A stretch of 31,948 nucleotides of DNA from a virus (taxonomy: Duplodnaviria; Caudoviricetes). A model generated the notes under the pieces. It was not told the DNA's origin. It did no database searches and saw only the letters and a program-made list of their open reading frames with translations. Shown here in pieces: positions 1 to 8,365 of this stretch. The translations under genes were made by a program, and so were the position numbers. Location of the stretch: the IMG/VR virus record IMGVR_UViG_3300023116_000201, positions 1 to 31,948 of that record; one strand, written 5' to 3'. How positions within the stretch are numbered: position 1 is the first letter of the stretch; each line of letters opens with the position of its first letter.

Positions 1-1
1 C

Positions 2-322
2 AGGCAGAACTCTATTGATGACATTGATCCGTTCATCAAGCAAGAGTTTGAGATCAAGATTCGCAAGCACTTTGATGAAGCGATGAAGATCTACAAAGAG
101 ATGTTGGATGCTGGCATCGCAAAGGAATGTGCTCGCGGTGTGCTTCCCCTAAATACACCTACTCGCATCTATATGAGTGGCTCATGTCGTTCATGGATGC
201 ATTATATTAATCTGCGTTCTGCTAATGGAACGCAGAAAGAACACATGGATATTGCTAACGCTTGTAAGCAAATCTTTGTGGAACAATTTCCCGTATGTGC
301 TGAAGCTTTGGAGTGGTCGTGA
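2..322 (+). CDS. thyX: Flavin-dependent thymidylate synthase ThyX, C-terminal part (5' end outside the window)
   Basis: Frame is open from position 2 (RQNSIDDID...). Contains KECARGVLPLNTPTRIYMSGSCRSWMHYINLR...TQKEH, the ThyX C-terminal signature. Usual position upstream of phoH in cyanophages. Confidence 0.93.
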   Translation, partial: RQNSIDDIDPFIKQEFEIKIRKHFDEAMKIYKEMLDAGIAKECARGVLPLNTPTRIYMSGSCRSWMHYINLRSANGTQKEHMDIANACKQIFVEQFPVCAEALEWS

Positions 323-561
323 TGCCTACTTATCCCGTTAAAAATTTGAAGACTGGAGAGACTAAAGAACTCTACATGTCTATGGTAGAATACGACCAGT
401 GGAAGAAGGACAATCCCGATTGGGATAAAGACTGGAGTCAGGGAATCGCAAACTCTGTCTCTGGTGTGGGAGATTACCAAGATAAGCTCCCCCAAGGTTT
501 CAAAGATCGTCTAAACAACGTCAAGAAACACCACCCCTACGCTAAGTTCGATAGAATCTAA
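322..561 (+). CDS. Conserved small cyanophage protein (MPTYPV..., FmdB-like N-terminus)
   Basis: ATG at 322 overlaps the thyX TGA (TGATG). MPTYPVKNLKTGETKEL is typical of the gene between thyX and phoH in T4-like cyanophages. Confidence 0.75.
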   Translation: MPTYPVKNLKTGETKELYMSMVEYDQWKKDNPDWDKDWSQGIANSVSGVGDYQDKLPQGFKDRLNNVKKHHPYAKFDRI

Positions 562-564
562 CCT

Positions 565-1308
565 ATGCCCGCAACCAAAAAGCAACCCTCCATGGTCGGA
601 CTCACCAAGAGACAGATGAAAAGGAAACCAATTGGAACGCAGCACCTAATCGACATCAAACCGATTACACCTGCTCAAGAAAAAGTCTTCGAGGCTTACG
701 CTCAACAGAAGAACTTGTTCCTTTACGGGGCTGCTGGCACTGGTAAATCTTTTGTGGCAATGTACCTGGCACTGAGGGAAATCCTTCAGGAGAATAGTCA
801 GTATGAAAAACTGTACATTGTTCGTTCTCTTGTTCCCACTCGTGAGATTGGCTTCCTTCCTGGTGATCATGAAGACAAGTCTAACTTGTATCAGATCCCA
901 TACAAGAACATGGTGAAGTACATGTTCGAGATGCCTGATGACAGTTCATTTGACATGCTGTATCAGAATCTCAAAGGACAGGACACTATTTCGTTCTGGT
1001 CTACTTCATTCATTCGTGGTACAACTATCGACAATGCTATCGTCATCGTTGATGAGTGCCAAAACCTTAACTTCCACGAGCTTGACTCCATCATCACCCG
1101 TCTTGGTGTCAACTCTAAGATTATTTTCGCAGGTGACATTGCTCAGACTGACCTGATCAAGACCTATGAGAAGAATGGTATCCTTGACTTCCAGAAGATC
1201 ATTGATAACATGGAAGAGTTTGCCAGCGTTGAGTTTGGCGTACAGGACATTGTTCGTTCTGGTCTAGTGAAGTCCTATCTTATGAGTAAAATTAGCCTTG
1301 GCATTTAA
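565..1308 (+). CDS. phoH: PhoH-family ATPase
   Basis: Walker A GAAGTGKS, IGFLPG motif, RGTT, IVDECQN, GDIAQTDL and DIVRSGLV, all PhoH signatures. Confidence 0.96.
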   Translation: MPATKKQPSMVGLTKRQMKRKPIGTQHLIDIKPITPAQEKVFEAYAQQKNLFLYGAAGTGKSFVAMYLALREILQENSQYEKLYIVRSLVPTREIGFLPGDHEDKSNLYQIPYKNMVKYMFEMPDDSSFDMLYQNLKGQDTISFWSTSFIRGTTIDNAIVIVDECQNLNFHELDSIITRLGVNSKIIFAGDIAQTDLIKTYEKNGILDFQKIIDNMEEFASVEFGVQDIVRSGLVKSYLMSKISLGI

Positions 1309-1966
1309 TCACATTGACATACACAACTTTGTTGATCTAAAAGCAGAGACGACCGAGAAGGGTAGGACCTATTCCGTTGGGGACAAGTCCTACCCCTCTG
1401 TCACCACTGTTATTGGTGAGATGAAAAAGAAATCCATCATGGAGTGGAGACAGCGGGTTGGTCCTGAAGAGGCTAATCGAGTTAGTAAGAGAGCAACCAC
1501 ACGCGGCAATAAGGTTCATAAACTTGCTGAGGATTATCTCAACAACTTAGATTTGTCTAAGTATAGAGATGATCCTCTTTCCCTTGGACTATTCCATACT
1601 GTCAAGCCATATCTTGACAGGATAAATAATATTCATGCGCTTGAAGCGCCGTTGTATTCGCACATGCTCAAACTCGCAGGGCGAGTTGATTGTATTGCTG
1701 AGTACGATGGAGAGTTATCCATCATTGATTTCAAGACCAGCAGTAAGCCTAAAAAAGAGGAGTGGATTCAAGACTACTTCTCACAGGAGACTGCTTATGC
1801 TATAATGTTTCAAGAGTTGACTGGACTAAAGGTCAAGAAACTCGTCACCATTATTGCTGTTGAGAAGAGCGAACCTCAAGTCTTCGTGATCACTGATATC
1901 AAACGATACGTTCACAAGTTGAAAGAGTTCATCGATTATTACAGGAGTGTTCATGGGGACTGGTAA
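1298..1966 (+). CDS. PD-(D/E)XK exonuclease (Cas4/RecB-like phage exonuclease)
   Basis: YPSVTTV, RGNKVH, AGRVDCIAEYDGELSIIDFKTS and Q-x-x-AY motifs. TTG start overlaps the end of phoH. Confidence 0.88.
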   Translation: MAFNHIDIHNFVDLKAETTEKGRTYSVGDKSYPSVTTVIGEMKKKSIMEWRQRVGPEEANRVSKRATTRGNKVHKLAEDYLNNLDLSKYRDDPLSLGLFHTVKPYLDRINNIHALEAPLYSHMLKLAGRVDCIAEYDGELSIIDFKTSSKPKKEEWIQDYFSQETAYAIMFQELTGLKVKKLVTIIAVEKSEPQVFVITDIKRYVHKLKEFIDYYRSVHGDW

Positions 1967-2210
1967 AATTAATGATGTGCTTGAGGAAAACTTTATGACT
2001 GCTGCTAAATTTTCTCTAGAGATAGAGAAGATTGTAAAAGAATCTGAGTTAAATTATATCGAAGCAGTTGTGATGTTCTGTGAAGATAAGAACATTGAGA
2101 TTGAAACTGTTGGTAAACTAATCAACAAACCGCTCAAAGAAAAAATCAAGTACGAAGCACAACGGCTAAACTTTATCAAGAGAGGATCGAGAGGTTTCTT
2201 ATCACTGTGA
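1953..2210 (+). CDS. gp33: Late-promoter transcription coactivator, T4 gp33-like
   Basis: FSLEIEKIV...NYIEAVVMFCEDKNIEIE...LKEKIKYEAQRLNF pattern; gene order gp33-gp59-gp32. Start taken at ATG 1953. Confidence 0.88.
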   Translation: MGTGKINDVLEENFMTAAKFSLEIEKIVKESELNYIEAVVMFCEDKNIEIETVGKLINKPLKEKIKYEAQRLNFIKRGSRGFLSL

Positions 2211-2775
2211 CAGGCATTGACGCTTTTAGAATGTACCTCGCAATGAGGAATCATTTTAACTCTAAATCATACAATTTTCTGAGAAGTCCTTACAGTAAAG
2301 CAAAACCAGAGACATACGATAAGAGAAAGGATAAGTATTTCTTTGTCAAACTTTCTCGTAAGTATGATGAACAGCAACTAGCACAGTTTTATCTGGCTAA
2401 TTTTGTTGCTGATAACTGTGAGTGGATAGGCGCAATGTCTGCTCATGGAGAAAAGAATTATATTTCTTATCAGAAAAAGATTCAGTCACTCTCATATACT
2501 TTTAGAGAGGACGCATCTATGATGAGAGATGTCTGCGAAGATTTTGATTGCCTCTTCAGGGGATCTCCTCACCCAACTCTAATTAAACTGTGGTTGGGTA
2601 ATAAGATCTCACTGGAGAGTGTTGTCATTATGGAGAAGTTGTTGGTTTTGTGGGCAATGTCCCTTCTACTGACCCTGTATGGGAGACAGTAAAGAAAAAG
2701 ATCCTCAAGTATGAGCCACTGTTAAATGTGGACACCACAAAGCAAAAGAAAATCCTACAAGATTTATTCCTATGA
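2207..2775 (+). CDS. gp59: Helicase loader, T4 gp59-like, with an apparent -1 frameshift near 2640-2646
   Basis: N-terminus YLAMRNHF...YNF...RKDKYFFVKLSRKY is gp59-like. The zero frame stops at 2692, but the -1 frame from 2644 reads GFVGNVPSTDPVWETVKKKILKYEPLLNVD...LFL*, ending at 2775 in an ATGA overlap with the next gene. Confidence 0.82.
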
Positions 2776-3101
2776 CTAACTTCTTTGATTCTGATGTAGT
2801 TCAGAAAGAACTACGCGAGATGCAAGAACTATACATTGATATCAATCGGATGGGTCTTGTCCTCTCTGTGGAGGGTAAGATTGAACAGCTCACTAAGTTG
2901 TTGCGATTGATTCAAGTCCAACAGACTATGTTCATGCGAGTCTCACTGTCGGACCAACCAGACGCTCAAGCCCTCTTGTCACAGGTCAAAGAGGCTGCTA
3001 CAATGTTGGGTATGAACGCCTCCGAGGTGACTCCTCAGTTCTATGAGTCCCTGAAGGACGACGTTCACAAAATGATCGCTGAGCTTGAGCGATCTAAATA
3101 G
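2772..3101 (+). CDS. Conserved cyanophage/cyanobacterial protein (DUF1825-like)
   Basis: FFDSDVVQKEL...Q..M..R.SLSD.P.A pattern; usual gene directly upstream of gp32. Confidence 0.72.
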   Translation: MTNFFDSDVVQKELREMQELYIDINRMGLVLSVEGKIEQLTKLLRLIQVQQTMFMRVSLSDQPDAQALLSQVKEAATMLGMNASEVTPQFYESLKDDVHKMIAELERSK

Positions 3102-3155
3102 TATGCTATGATTCCATAGCACTCAAGCCAAATACAAAACACACGGAGAATACGA
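3083..3155 (+). promoter_or_regulatory. gp32 leader: sigma70-like promoter (TTGAGC-16-TATGAT with extended TG), late box CTAAATA, nested inverted repeats and A/C-rich leader
   Basis: TTGAGC 3085-3090, TATGAT 3107-3112, CTAAATA 3094-3100; TGCTATG/CATAGCA (3104-3110/3115-3121) and GCTTGAG/CTCAAGC (3083-3089/3122-3128); SD-like GGAG at 3145-3148. Confidence 0.6.
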
Positions 3156-4049
3156 ATGTCCTTTGCTTCCCTTAAAAAGTCCAACTTCACTGACCTGCTT
3201 GCTAAGGCAGAGAATCTGAACAAGACTGAAACCAAAGGTGGTGCTGATGAGCGCCTCTGGAAGCCAGAAGTAGATAAAGCAGGTAACGGTTACGCGGTCA
3301 TCCGCTTCCTCCCTGCTCCCGAGGGCGAAGACCTGCCCTGGGCACAAGTTTGGAGTCATGCCTTCCAAGGTCCTGGTGGTTGGTATATCGAGAACTCCCT
3401 GACAACTTTGGGCAAGAAAGATCCTGTCTCTGACCTGAACAGGCAGCTGTGGAACAGTGGTCTTGATAGCGACAAGGAAGTTGCTCGTAAGCAGAAGCGT
3501 AAGCTCTCTTACTACAGCAACATCTACGTTGTCAAGGATCCTGCTAATCCTCAGAACGAAGGTAAAGTTTTCCTGTACAAGTTCGGTAAGAAGATCTTTG
3601 ATAAGATCACCGAAGCAATGCAGCCTGCTTTCGCTGACGAGACTCCTATCAACCCCTTTGATTTCTGGAAGGGTGCTGACTTCAAAGTGAAGATCCGCAA
3701 GGTTGAAGGTTACTGGAACTATGACAAGTCCGAGTTTGATTCTCCTTCTACCCTTGGTGGTTTTGATGATGGTGACTTGGAAGCCATCTGGAAGAAGCAG
3801 TACAGTCTGACTGCTTTTACTGCTGATGATCAGTTCAAGACCTTTGAGCAGCTCCAAGAGCGTCTCAACACTGTCCTGAACACGACTCGCGCTCCTCGTC
3901 GCGATCAAGAGACTGAAGAAGCAGAGTTCGAGTCTGCTCCCGTTCAAGAGCAAACCTTTGCTCCTTCCTTCCGTAGCGCTGAGCCCGCTCCTGCTGCTGA
4001 AGAAGAAGATGCTCTGTCCTACTTCGCTAAGCTCGCTGCTGAAGACTGA
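3156..4049 (+). CDS. gp32: Single-stranded DNA-binding protein, T4 gp32-like
   Basis: DERLWKPEVDKAGNGYAVIRFLPAP, WYIENSLTT, GKVFLYKFGKKIFDKI, NYDKSEF and an acidic tail ending DALSYFAKLAAED. Confidence 0.97.
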   Translation: MSFASLKKSNFTDLLAKAENLNKTETKGGADERLWKPEVDKAGNGYAVIRFLPAPEGEDLPWAQVWSHAFQGPGGWYIENSLTTLGKKDPVSDLNRQLWNSGLDSDKEVARKQKRKLSYYSNIYVVKDPANPQNEGKVFLYKFGKKIFDKITEAMQPAFADETPINPFDFWKGADFKVKIRKVEGYWNYDKSEFDSPSTLGGFDDGDLEAIWKKQYSLTAFTADDQFKTFEQLQERLNTVLNTTRAPRRDQETEEAEFESAPVQEQTFAPSFRSAEPAPAAEEEDALSYFAKLAAED

Positions 4050-4714
4050 TGTTTAAGATTTTCCTTGATACGGCGGACGTTACTGACATCCGCCGTCGGG
4101 TGTTCACTGGTCTGATCGATGGTGTGACGACCAACCCCACCCTAATTCGTAAGAGCGGTAAAGATCCCTGGGATGTTTATCGTGAGATCCAAGACCTTGG
4201 TGTCAAAGACATCAGTATGGAGGTCATGGGAGATGACAAGGAGATGACAACCGAAGGCATCAAACTCTCTACTGAGTTTGGTGCTCGGGCAACCATCAAG
4301 GTTCCCTGTACTTATCAAGGTCTTCTTGCTTGTAAAAACCTGAGTGATCAGGGTATTCGTACCAATGTCACTCTTATCTTCAACGCAGCACAAGCAATCC
4401 TTGCCGCCAAGGCAGGTGCTACCTATGTCTCTCCTTTTGTCGGTCGCTGCGACGATAACTCCGTCGCTGGTGTTGAGGTGGTTCGATCGATTTCTGAAGT
4501 CTATCGAGTCCATGGAGCCAAGACTCAGGTGCTTGCTGCTTCAATCCGTGACGTGTACAAAGTCACCCGTGCTTTCTATAACGGCGCTGACATTGTAACT
4601 ATGCCTCCTGCTGTTTTTGACAAGATGTATGGTCACGTCCTTACCCGTGAGGGCATGTCAATCTTCGAGAAAGACTGGGAAGAAGTATGTGGAGAATCTG
4701 GGCAAAAGCCTTAG
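4049..4714 (+). CDS. talC: Transaldolase, TalC/FSA family (auxiliary metabolic gene)
   Basis: IFLDTAD, GVTTNPTLI, Schiff-base TIKVP, NVTLIF, YVSPFVGR and LAASIR motifs; 221 aa. Confidence 0.96.
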   Translation: MFKIFLDTADVTDIRRRVFTGLIDGVTTNPTLIRKSGKDPWDVYREIQDLGVKDISMEVMGDDKEMTTEGIKLSTEFGARATIKVPCTYQGLLACKNLSDQGIRTNVTLIFNAAQAILAAKAGATYVSPFVGRCDDNSVAGVEVVRSISEVYRVHGAKTQVLAASIRDVYKVTRAFYNGADIVTMPPAVFDKMYGHVLTREGMSIFEKDWEEVCGESGQKP

Positions 4715-4872
4715 GTGCTAAGGAGGGGAGAAATGACCGAGAGGCAAATTATATTGCTGGTATACGGACTCTTATATTCATCACTTATTTTATTACTAAC
4801 GTGGCTATTGTTGCTAACGCCATAAGGCATTGGAACGATGTGCCCTCCCCTCCAGCGAAAATCAACTCTTAG
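4687..4872 (+). CDS. Small predicted membrane protein
   Basis: 61 aa, MWRIWAKALG... with one hydrophobic stretch (IRTLIFITYFITNVAIVANAI); overlaps the end of talC and ends just before the terminator. Confidence 0.65.
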   Translation: MWRIWAKALGAKEGRNDREANYIAGIRTLIFITYFITNVAIVANAIRHWNDVPSPPAKINS

Positions 4873-4876
4873 TTAC

Positions 4877-4911
4877 CAAAAACCCCGAAAAAAAATTCGG
4901 GGTATTTTTTT
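4877..4911. terminator. Bidirectional rho-independent terminator
   Basis: Stem ACCCCGAA/TTCGGGGT (4882-4889/4896-4903) with an A-run on the left and a T-run on the right, between convergent gene blocks. Confidence 0.88.
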
Positions 4912-4923
4912 GCCTGTAGGTTT

Positions 4924-5550
4924 TTACTCCATTTTGACGTTTTGGATCTCATATCCGATAGAATAGAGACCAGCGTCTTTTAGGGTCTTGACGTATTGCT
5001 CAGCAAACTCACGAACGTAACTTGGACGAATAAGTCTGATCTTTTCTTTCTCTTCGTTCAGTTTAGCCTCATATTGATAATATGTGACTGGAGTGACGGG
5101 ATTGACAGTAACACCAGCAGATGCTGTACCGTCATAGTACGTTATCTGGTAGTTTGAAGGAACTAAGATTCCAGCAGGTACAATTTGACGACCCAAAGCA
5201 TCTACAACTCTAGTAGTTTCATAGTGTTTGGTAGCATCGGGATTTTCATACTTATTGTTAACGTAGTCAACCAGTGAAGTTTGACTCTTTGGCCAATCAG
5301 CATGAAAATTGGTAATATCGTTGACAACTAGGATAGTCCATCCGAAGAATGGATCTTCATATTGATTGAAAGAAATCGTTTCTGGAGTTTCCCCAGATTT
5401 GATAATATACTCATCAAAAAGCGTCAGAGAAGTGAGATACTTTTCAAGAATCTCATTTCTTCTCCATAGATTCTTAATCAGCAAAAATTCTGGATCCGCA
5501 AGCGAATCCGTATAATTGTAGATTACAGATGGTGCGTTTTTGAATAGCAT
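4924..5550 (-). CDS. gp53: Baseplate wedge subunit, gp53-like (LysM-like motif)
   Basis: YIIKSGETPETIS...Y.D...WTILVVNDI...DWP, HYET and YE...NEEKEKIRLIRP patterns; adjacent to gp48. Confidence 0.87.
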   Translation of the reverse strand: MLFKNAPSVIYNYTDSLADPEFLLIKNLWRRNEILEKYLTSLTLFDEYIIKSGETPETISFNQYEDPFFGWTILVVNDITNFHADWPKSQTSLVDYVNNKYENPDATKHYETTRVVDALGRQIVPAGILVPSNYQITYYDGTASAGVTVNPVTPVTYYQYEAKLNEEKEKIRLIRPSYVREFAEQYVKTLKDAGLYSIGYEIQNVKME

Positions 5551-6788
5551 TAGAATTGACCCGACTTCATGTCGCTCTGGCTCAGAGCGGTGATTTCGCT
5601 GAATGAAAGGGTGATAGTCTGAAGTGGAATATCACCAGTGAATGTAGTTGTGAACTGGTTGGCAGGAGCAGTGTTAACAGTGACTCTTGTCAAAGCACAA
5701 GCTTTGGTTCTTGGCATTTGTGGATGCTCAACCAGTCTAGATGCTTCACCAGTGTTTGTTGCTGTAACAAACATAGGTTGTAGTTCAAAAATATCAGGGA
5801 ATCCAAGAACACCACCTACACCTTGAGGCGATGCGTAAGGATGCATTCCTACTTTGAAGAACTGGATAATACTGGTGATTTGATCTGCTTCTGCCTTATT
5901 TCTAGCAAACAGTTCAAATGTGAGATCGAAAGATCTCATCTCCATTTTGGAGAAGAACATGATTGCGTTCTCATTCGGAGCCAGACCACCTAGACCCAGA
6001 AGATTGGTTGGTGTCAATTCACTGTTGACCCCCAGTGGGTTAAATGCTCCACTAGCAGCAGCTCCAGCGGCATCACCAGCACTCAGAGGGATACCAGCAC
6101 CTTGACTCAACGCCTGAGAGAAGACATCTGTTGCTCCACCTAGAATTTGCCCTGCTACATTGGCACCAAGAGCAAGAGTACCAGTGGCGGCGGCTTGACC
6201 AGCAAAAGCAGCAGGATTTTCAAGCAGACGTGCTAGTGTGCCAAGTTTGAACTCATTGGACCATGCTGCTCCATATGAGTATTGGAACTCATTGGGCATG
6301 GGCAGCATTACAGCGTTATTTTCTGTTCCACCGTAACTGTTTGCCTTATTTTTAATTGCCTTCAACTGATCGGCATTTTCAATGACAGTTCCATTACTGA
6401 GGGTAATTGGAAACTGAACATTACTATAGTCAGATGAGCTTTTAACATCACCCATCTGGTTCAATTTGATATTACTTGCCGTTCTTTTTGTTGCTTTGGT
6501 TACGGCTTCTTCAACATCAGTTAGTTTATCTGTATCATTAAAAAGGAAAAGACCAGTTCCGCGAATAGCATTAACGGCAGCTTCACCTAGACCAGATCTG
6601 GTCAGAGCACTGAATACATCATTTCTAGCGCTGTCCGATTTCGCACGAGCCAACCCAGCTTTATAACTATACTTCGTGATTTTAATCAACGAAGCATATG
6701 GGATACTATTAAGTCCAGTCGGATAAATTGTACCCGCGCCGCCGAACGTATTAGATCCTAGTTCACTATTTTGACCTGCTGGGAGCAT
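5550..6788 (-). CDS. gp48: Baseplate tail-tube cap, gp48-like
   Basis: LPMPN..Q.SY...W, PN....F..M..RSF.LTFEL..RN..EA..I..II.FFK..MHP, FPDIF and ALT.V.VN...L.FSEI patterns; gene order. Confidence 0.83.
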   Translation of the reverse strand: MLPAGQNSELGSNTFGGAGTIYPTGLNSIPYASLIKITKYSYKAGLARAKSDSARNDVFSALTRSGLGEAAVNAIRGTGLFLFNDTDKLTDVEEAVTKATKRTASNIKLNQMGDVKSSSDYSNVQFPITLSNGTVIENADQLKAIKNKANSYGGTENNAVMLPMPNEFQYSYGAAWSNEFKLGTLARLLENPAAFAGQAAATGTLALGANVAGQILGGATDVFSQALSQGAGIPLSAGDAAGAAASGAFNPLGVNSELTPTNLLGLGGLAPNENAIMFFSKMEMRSFDLTFELFARNKAEADQITSIIQFFKVGMHPYASPQGVGGVLGFPDIFELQPMFVTATNTGEASRLVEHPQMPRTKACALTRVTVNTAPANQFTTTFTGDIPLQTITLSFSEITALSQSDMKSGQF

Positions 6789-7272
6789 TGTGGAACTTTT
6801 CCAATGGGAGTTGACTCAGAAGTTCTACGTCAGTTGATGTAACTTCAAAGAAAAGGTTATCCGCTCTCTTTGGGATGTAATAATGTAAGGTAGGCGTAGG
6901 CATCCTGTTATTATTTAGAGCAGATAATCTCTGCTTTGGTGTTATATAGTGAAGATTGGCTCCAAGATATTGACCTCCCTTCTTCTCCAATAACTGAATA
7001 AGGGGGTATTGATCCCATCTCTTGAGCATATCCCTGAATTTTGGATCATACTCAAAGAAGTAGTATTTGCCTTCTTCGGGATTTTCTGTTACACTGTCGA
7101 AAAGCATATCCATAACTCTGGTTCTCAACTCAGAGTTAGTAACGCTATTCCCTCTTAGATCTTTTAACAGCGACTCAAATTTTGAGGTCTGCTTCGGTGA
7201 TGATTTTGAATTCCCAAAGCCTGTCCCTGCAGTATTCTCTCGCTGCTTCCCACTTTGCTTGATTTTTGGCAT
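6766..7272 (-). CDS. gp2: DNA end protector protein, gp2-like (start uncertain)
   Basis: GKYYFFEYDPKF...WDQYPLI...LGANLHY motif; lies between gp4 and gp48. The nearest ATG (7272) is inside gp4. Confidence 0.68.
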   Translation of the reverse strand: MPKIKQSGKQRENTAGTGFGNSKSSPKQTSKFESLLKDLRGNSVTNSELRTRVMDMLFDSVTENPEEGKYYFFEYDPKFRDMLKRWDQYPLIQLLEKKGGQYLGANLHYITPKQRLSALNNNRMPTPTLHYYIPKRADNLFFEVTSTDVELLSQLPLEKFHNAPSRSK

Positions 7273-7612
7273 AAGTCGCAACCTCAGTTATGTAACGCTT
7301 GGTCTTGCGTTGTTGAGGTTTAGGACCCTCGACTTGTGCCTTAGGCTTTACCTCAACAAGATAGGACTGTGTACTTCCATTCGTGTTTCTTACTTTCATG
7401 TAAAAGTCAGGGAAATAGAGATGATACTTATTATCAGTAGGACATTTATATGGTATAGTAATCTCTTCGGATGACCATTCAATCACATTTTCATTGTGAT
7501 CGCAGTAGTACATAAACTTACGCTCCCAAAGGGAACGGTAAATGATATTAGTGGGATCGCCTTTGTACTTCCTGTAGTTTGAAGGTCTATACTTCCCTTT
7601 GTATGACGGCAT
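7175..7612 (-). CDS. gp4: Head completion nuclease, T4 gp4-like (TnsA-like fold)
   Basis: YKGKYRPSN..KYKGDPTNIIYRSLWE, WSSEE, YFPDF, EVKP and NQAKWEAA motifs. Confidence 0.93.
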   Translation of the reverse strand: MPSYKGKYRPSNYRKYKGDPTNIIYRSLWERKFMYYCDHNENVIEWSSEEITIPYKCPTDNKYHLYFPDFYMKVRNTNGSTQSYLVEVKPKAQVEGPKPQQRKTKRYITEVATYAKNQAKWEAAREYCRDRLWEFKIITEADLKI

Positions 7613-7651
7613 AAATAAATATGTAGATTCACCCCTGTATGGGTATTTATG
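7610..7651. promoter_or_regulatory. Pair of T4-type late promoter boxes (CATAAATA on each strand) for divergent genes
   Basis: CATAAATA on + at 7610-7617; TATTTATG at 7644-7651 reads CATAAATA on -. Each is one mismatch from the T4 late consensus TATAAATA. Confidence 0.72.
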
Positions 7652-8365
7652 GCTACCCTTAAAACAGTATCTGAATTTATTACGTCTATTGTTGGTGATG
7701 GGGGTCCGTCTTCATCAACTAACTATGACATTGAGTTTGGAGCGGGTTCTGGCACCAGTCTTGGTAGATTCATGGAGACCCACGCGGGTATCAAAATGAG
7801 TGCTGGAACGGGTAACCAATCTATTGTTAAAATACAAATGCTCGCCAATGAGGTCCAGATTCCTGGTATCTCCATGACAAGTCAGGATGTGCGAAGCGTA
7901 AAGAAAGGTATTAACATGAAGCCAGCAATGGCGAAAGTGTATAATGAGATGGATCTCTCATTTATCCTTGATGTAGATTCTATGCCATTTAGATTCTTCA
8001 GAGGATGGCAAGATTTTATTCTTGGTAGATATGATTTAGCAAACTTTGGTGGTCAAAGTCCTTTTGGTGCCACTAATACGAATAAAATTCATCAAGCTTT
8101 TGCTCAGCAATGGTATGATGAATACACTTGTGATTTGACTGTGAAAAAGTATGAAAAGCATGTGGGTTCATATGCTTCTGGTGGCGTTCTTTCTGCCAAT
8201 GCTGGCAATAGAATGTATGAACCTTTCCATGTGAAGCTTGTCAACGCATATCCATATATGCTATCATCTATTCCATATAGTTCTGCCGCTTCCCAAGCCG
8301 TCAAACTGAGTGTCGGCATGTACTACGAGTACGCCCAATTTATTGATAAGAGAACTGCTATCTAA
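7649..8365 (+). CDS. Baseplate tail-tube initiator, gp54/gp19-like tube fold
   Basis: EVQIPG.S, Y.E..LSF..D, FF..WQD.I, YDEY, L.NAYP and L.V...YE patterns; divergent from gp4 and upstream of gp26. Confidence 0.75.
   Translation: MATLKTVSEFITSIVGDGGPSSSTNYDIEFGAGSGTSLGRFMETHAGIKMSAGTGNQSIVKIQMLANEVQIPGISMTSQDVRSVKKGINMKPAMAKVYNEMDLSFILDVDSMPFRFFRGWQDFILGRYDLANFGGQSPFGATNTNKIHQAFAQQWYDEYTCDLTVKKYEKHVGSYASGGVLSANAGNRMYEPFHVKLVNAYPYMLSSIPYSSAASQAVKLSVGMYYEYAQFIDKRTAI

Noticed and set aside
1621-1628. Intragenic TAAATA matches (GATAAATA at 1621; GTAAATA at 14565) as late promoters
   Set aside because: They are inside coding sequence, imperfect, and expected by chance in AT-rich DNA.
1298-1966. 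Cas4-like nuclease as a sign of a CRISPR system
   Set aside because: No repeat-spacer array or other cas genes were seen; this is the usual stand-alone phage exonuclease next to phoH.
3123-3953. 276-aa antisense ORF over gp32
   Set aside because: It shadows a clear core gene and has no recognisable motif; biased codon usage on the sense strand explains the lack of stops.
4153-4513. Many short alternative-frame ORFs in the track (e.g. 4142-4513 on the minus strand)
   Set aside because: They are fully nested in confidently identified genes and have no motif or expression signal.
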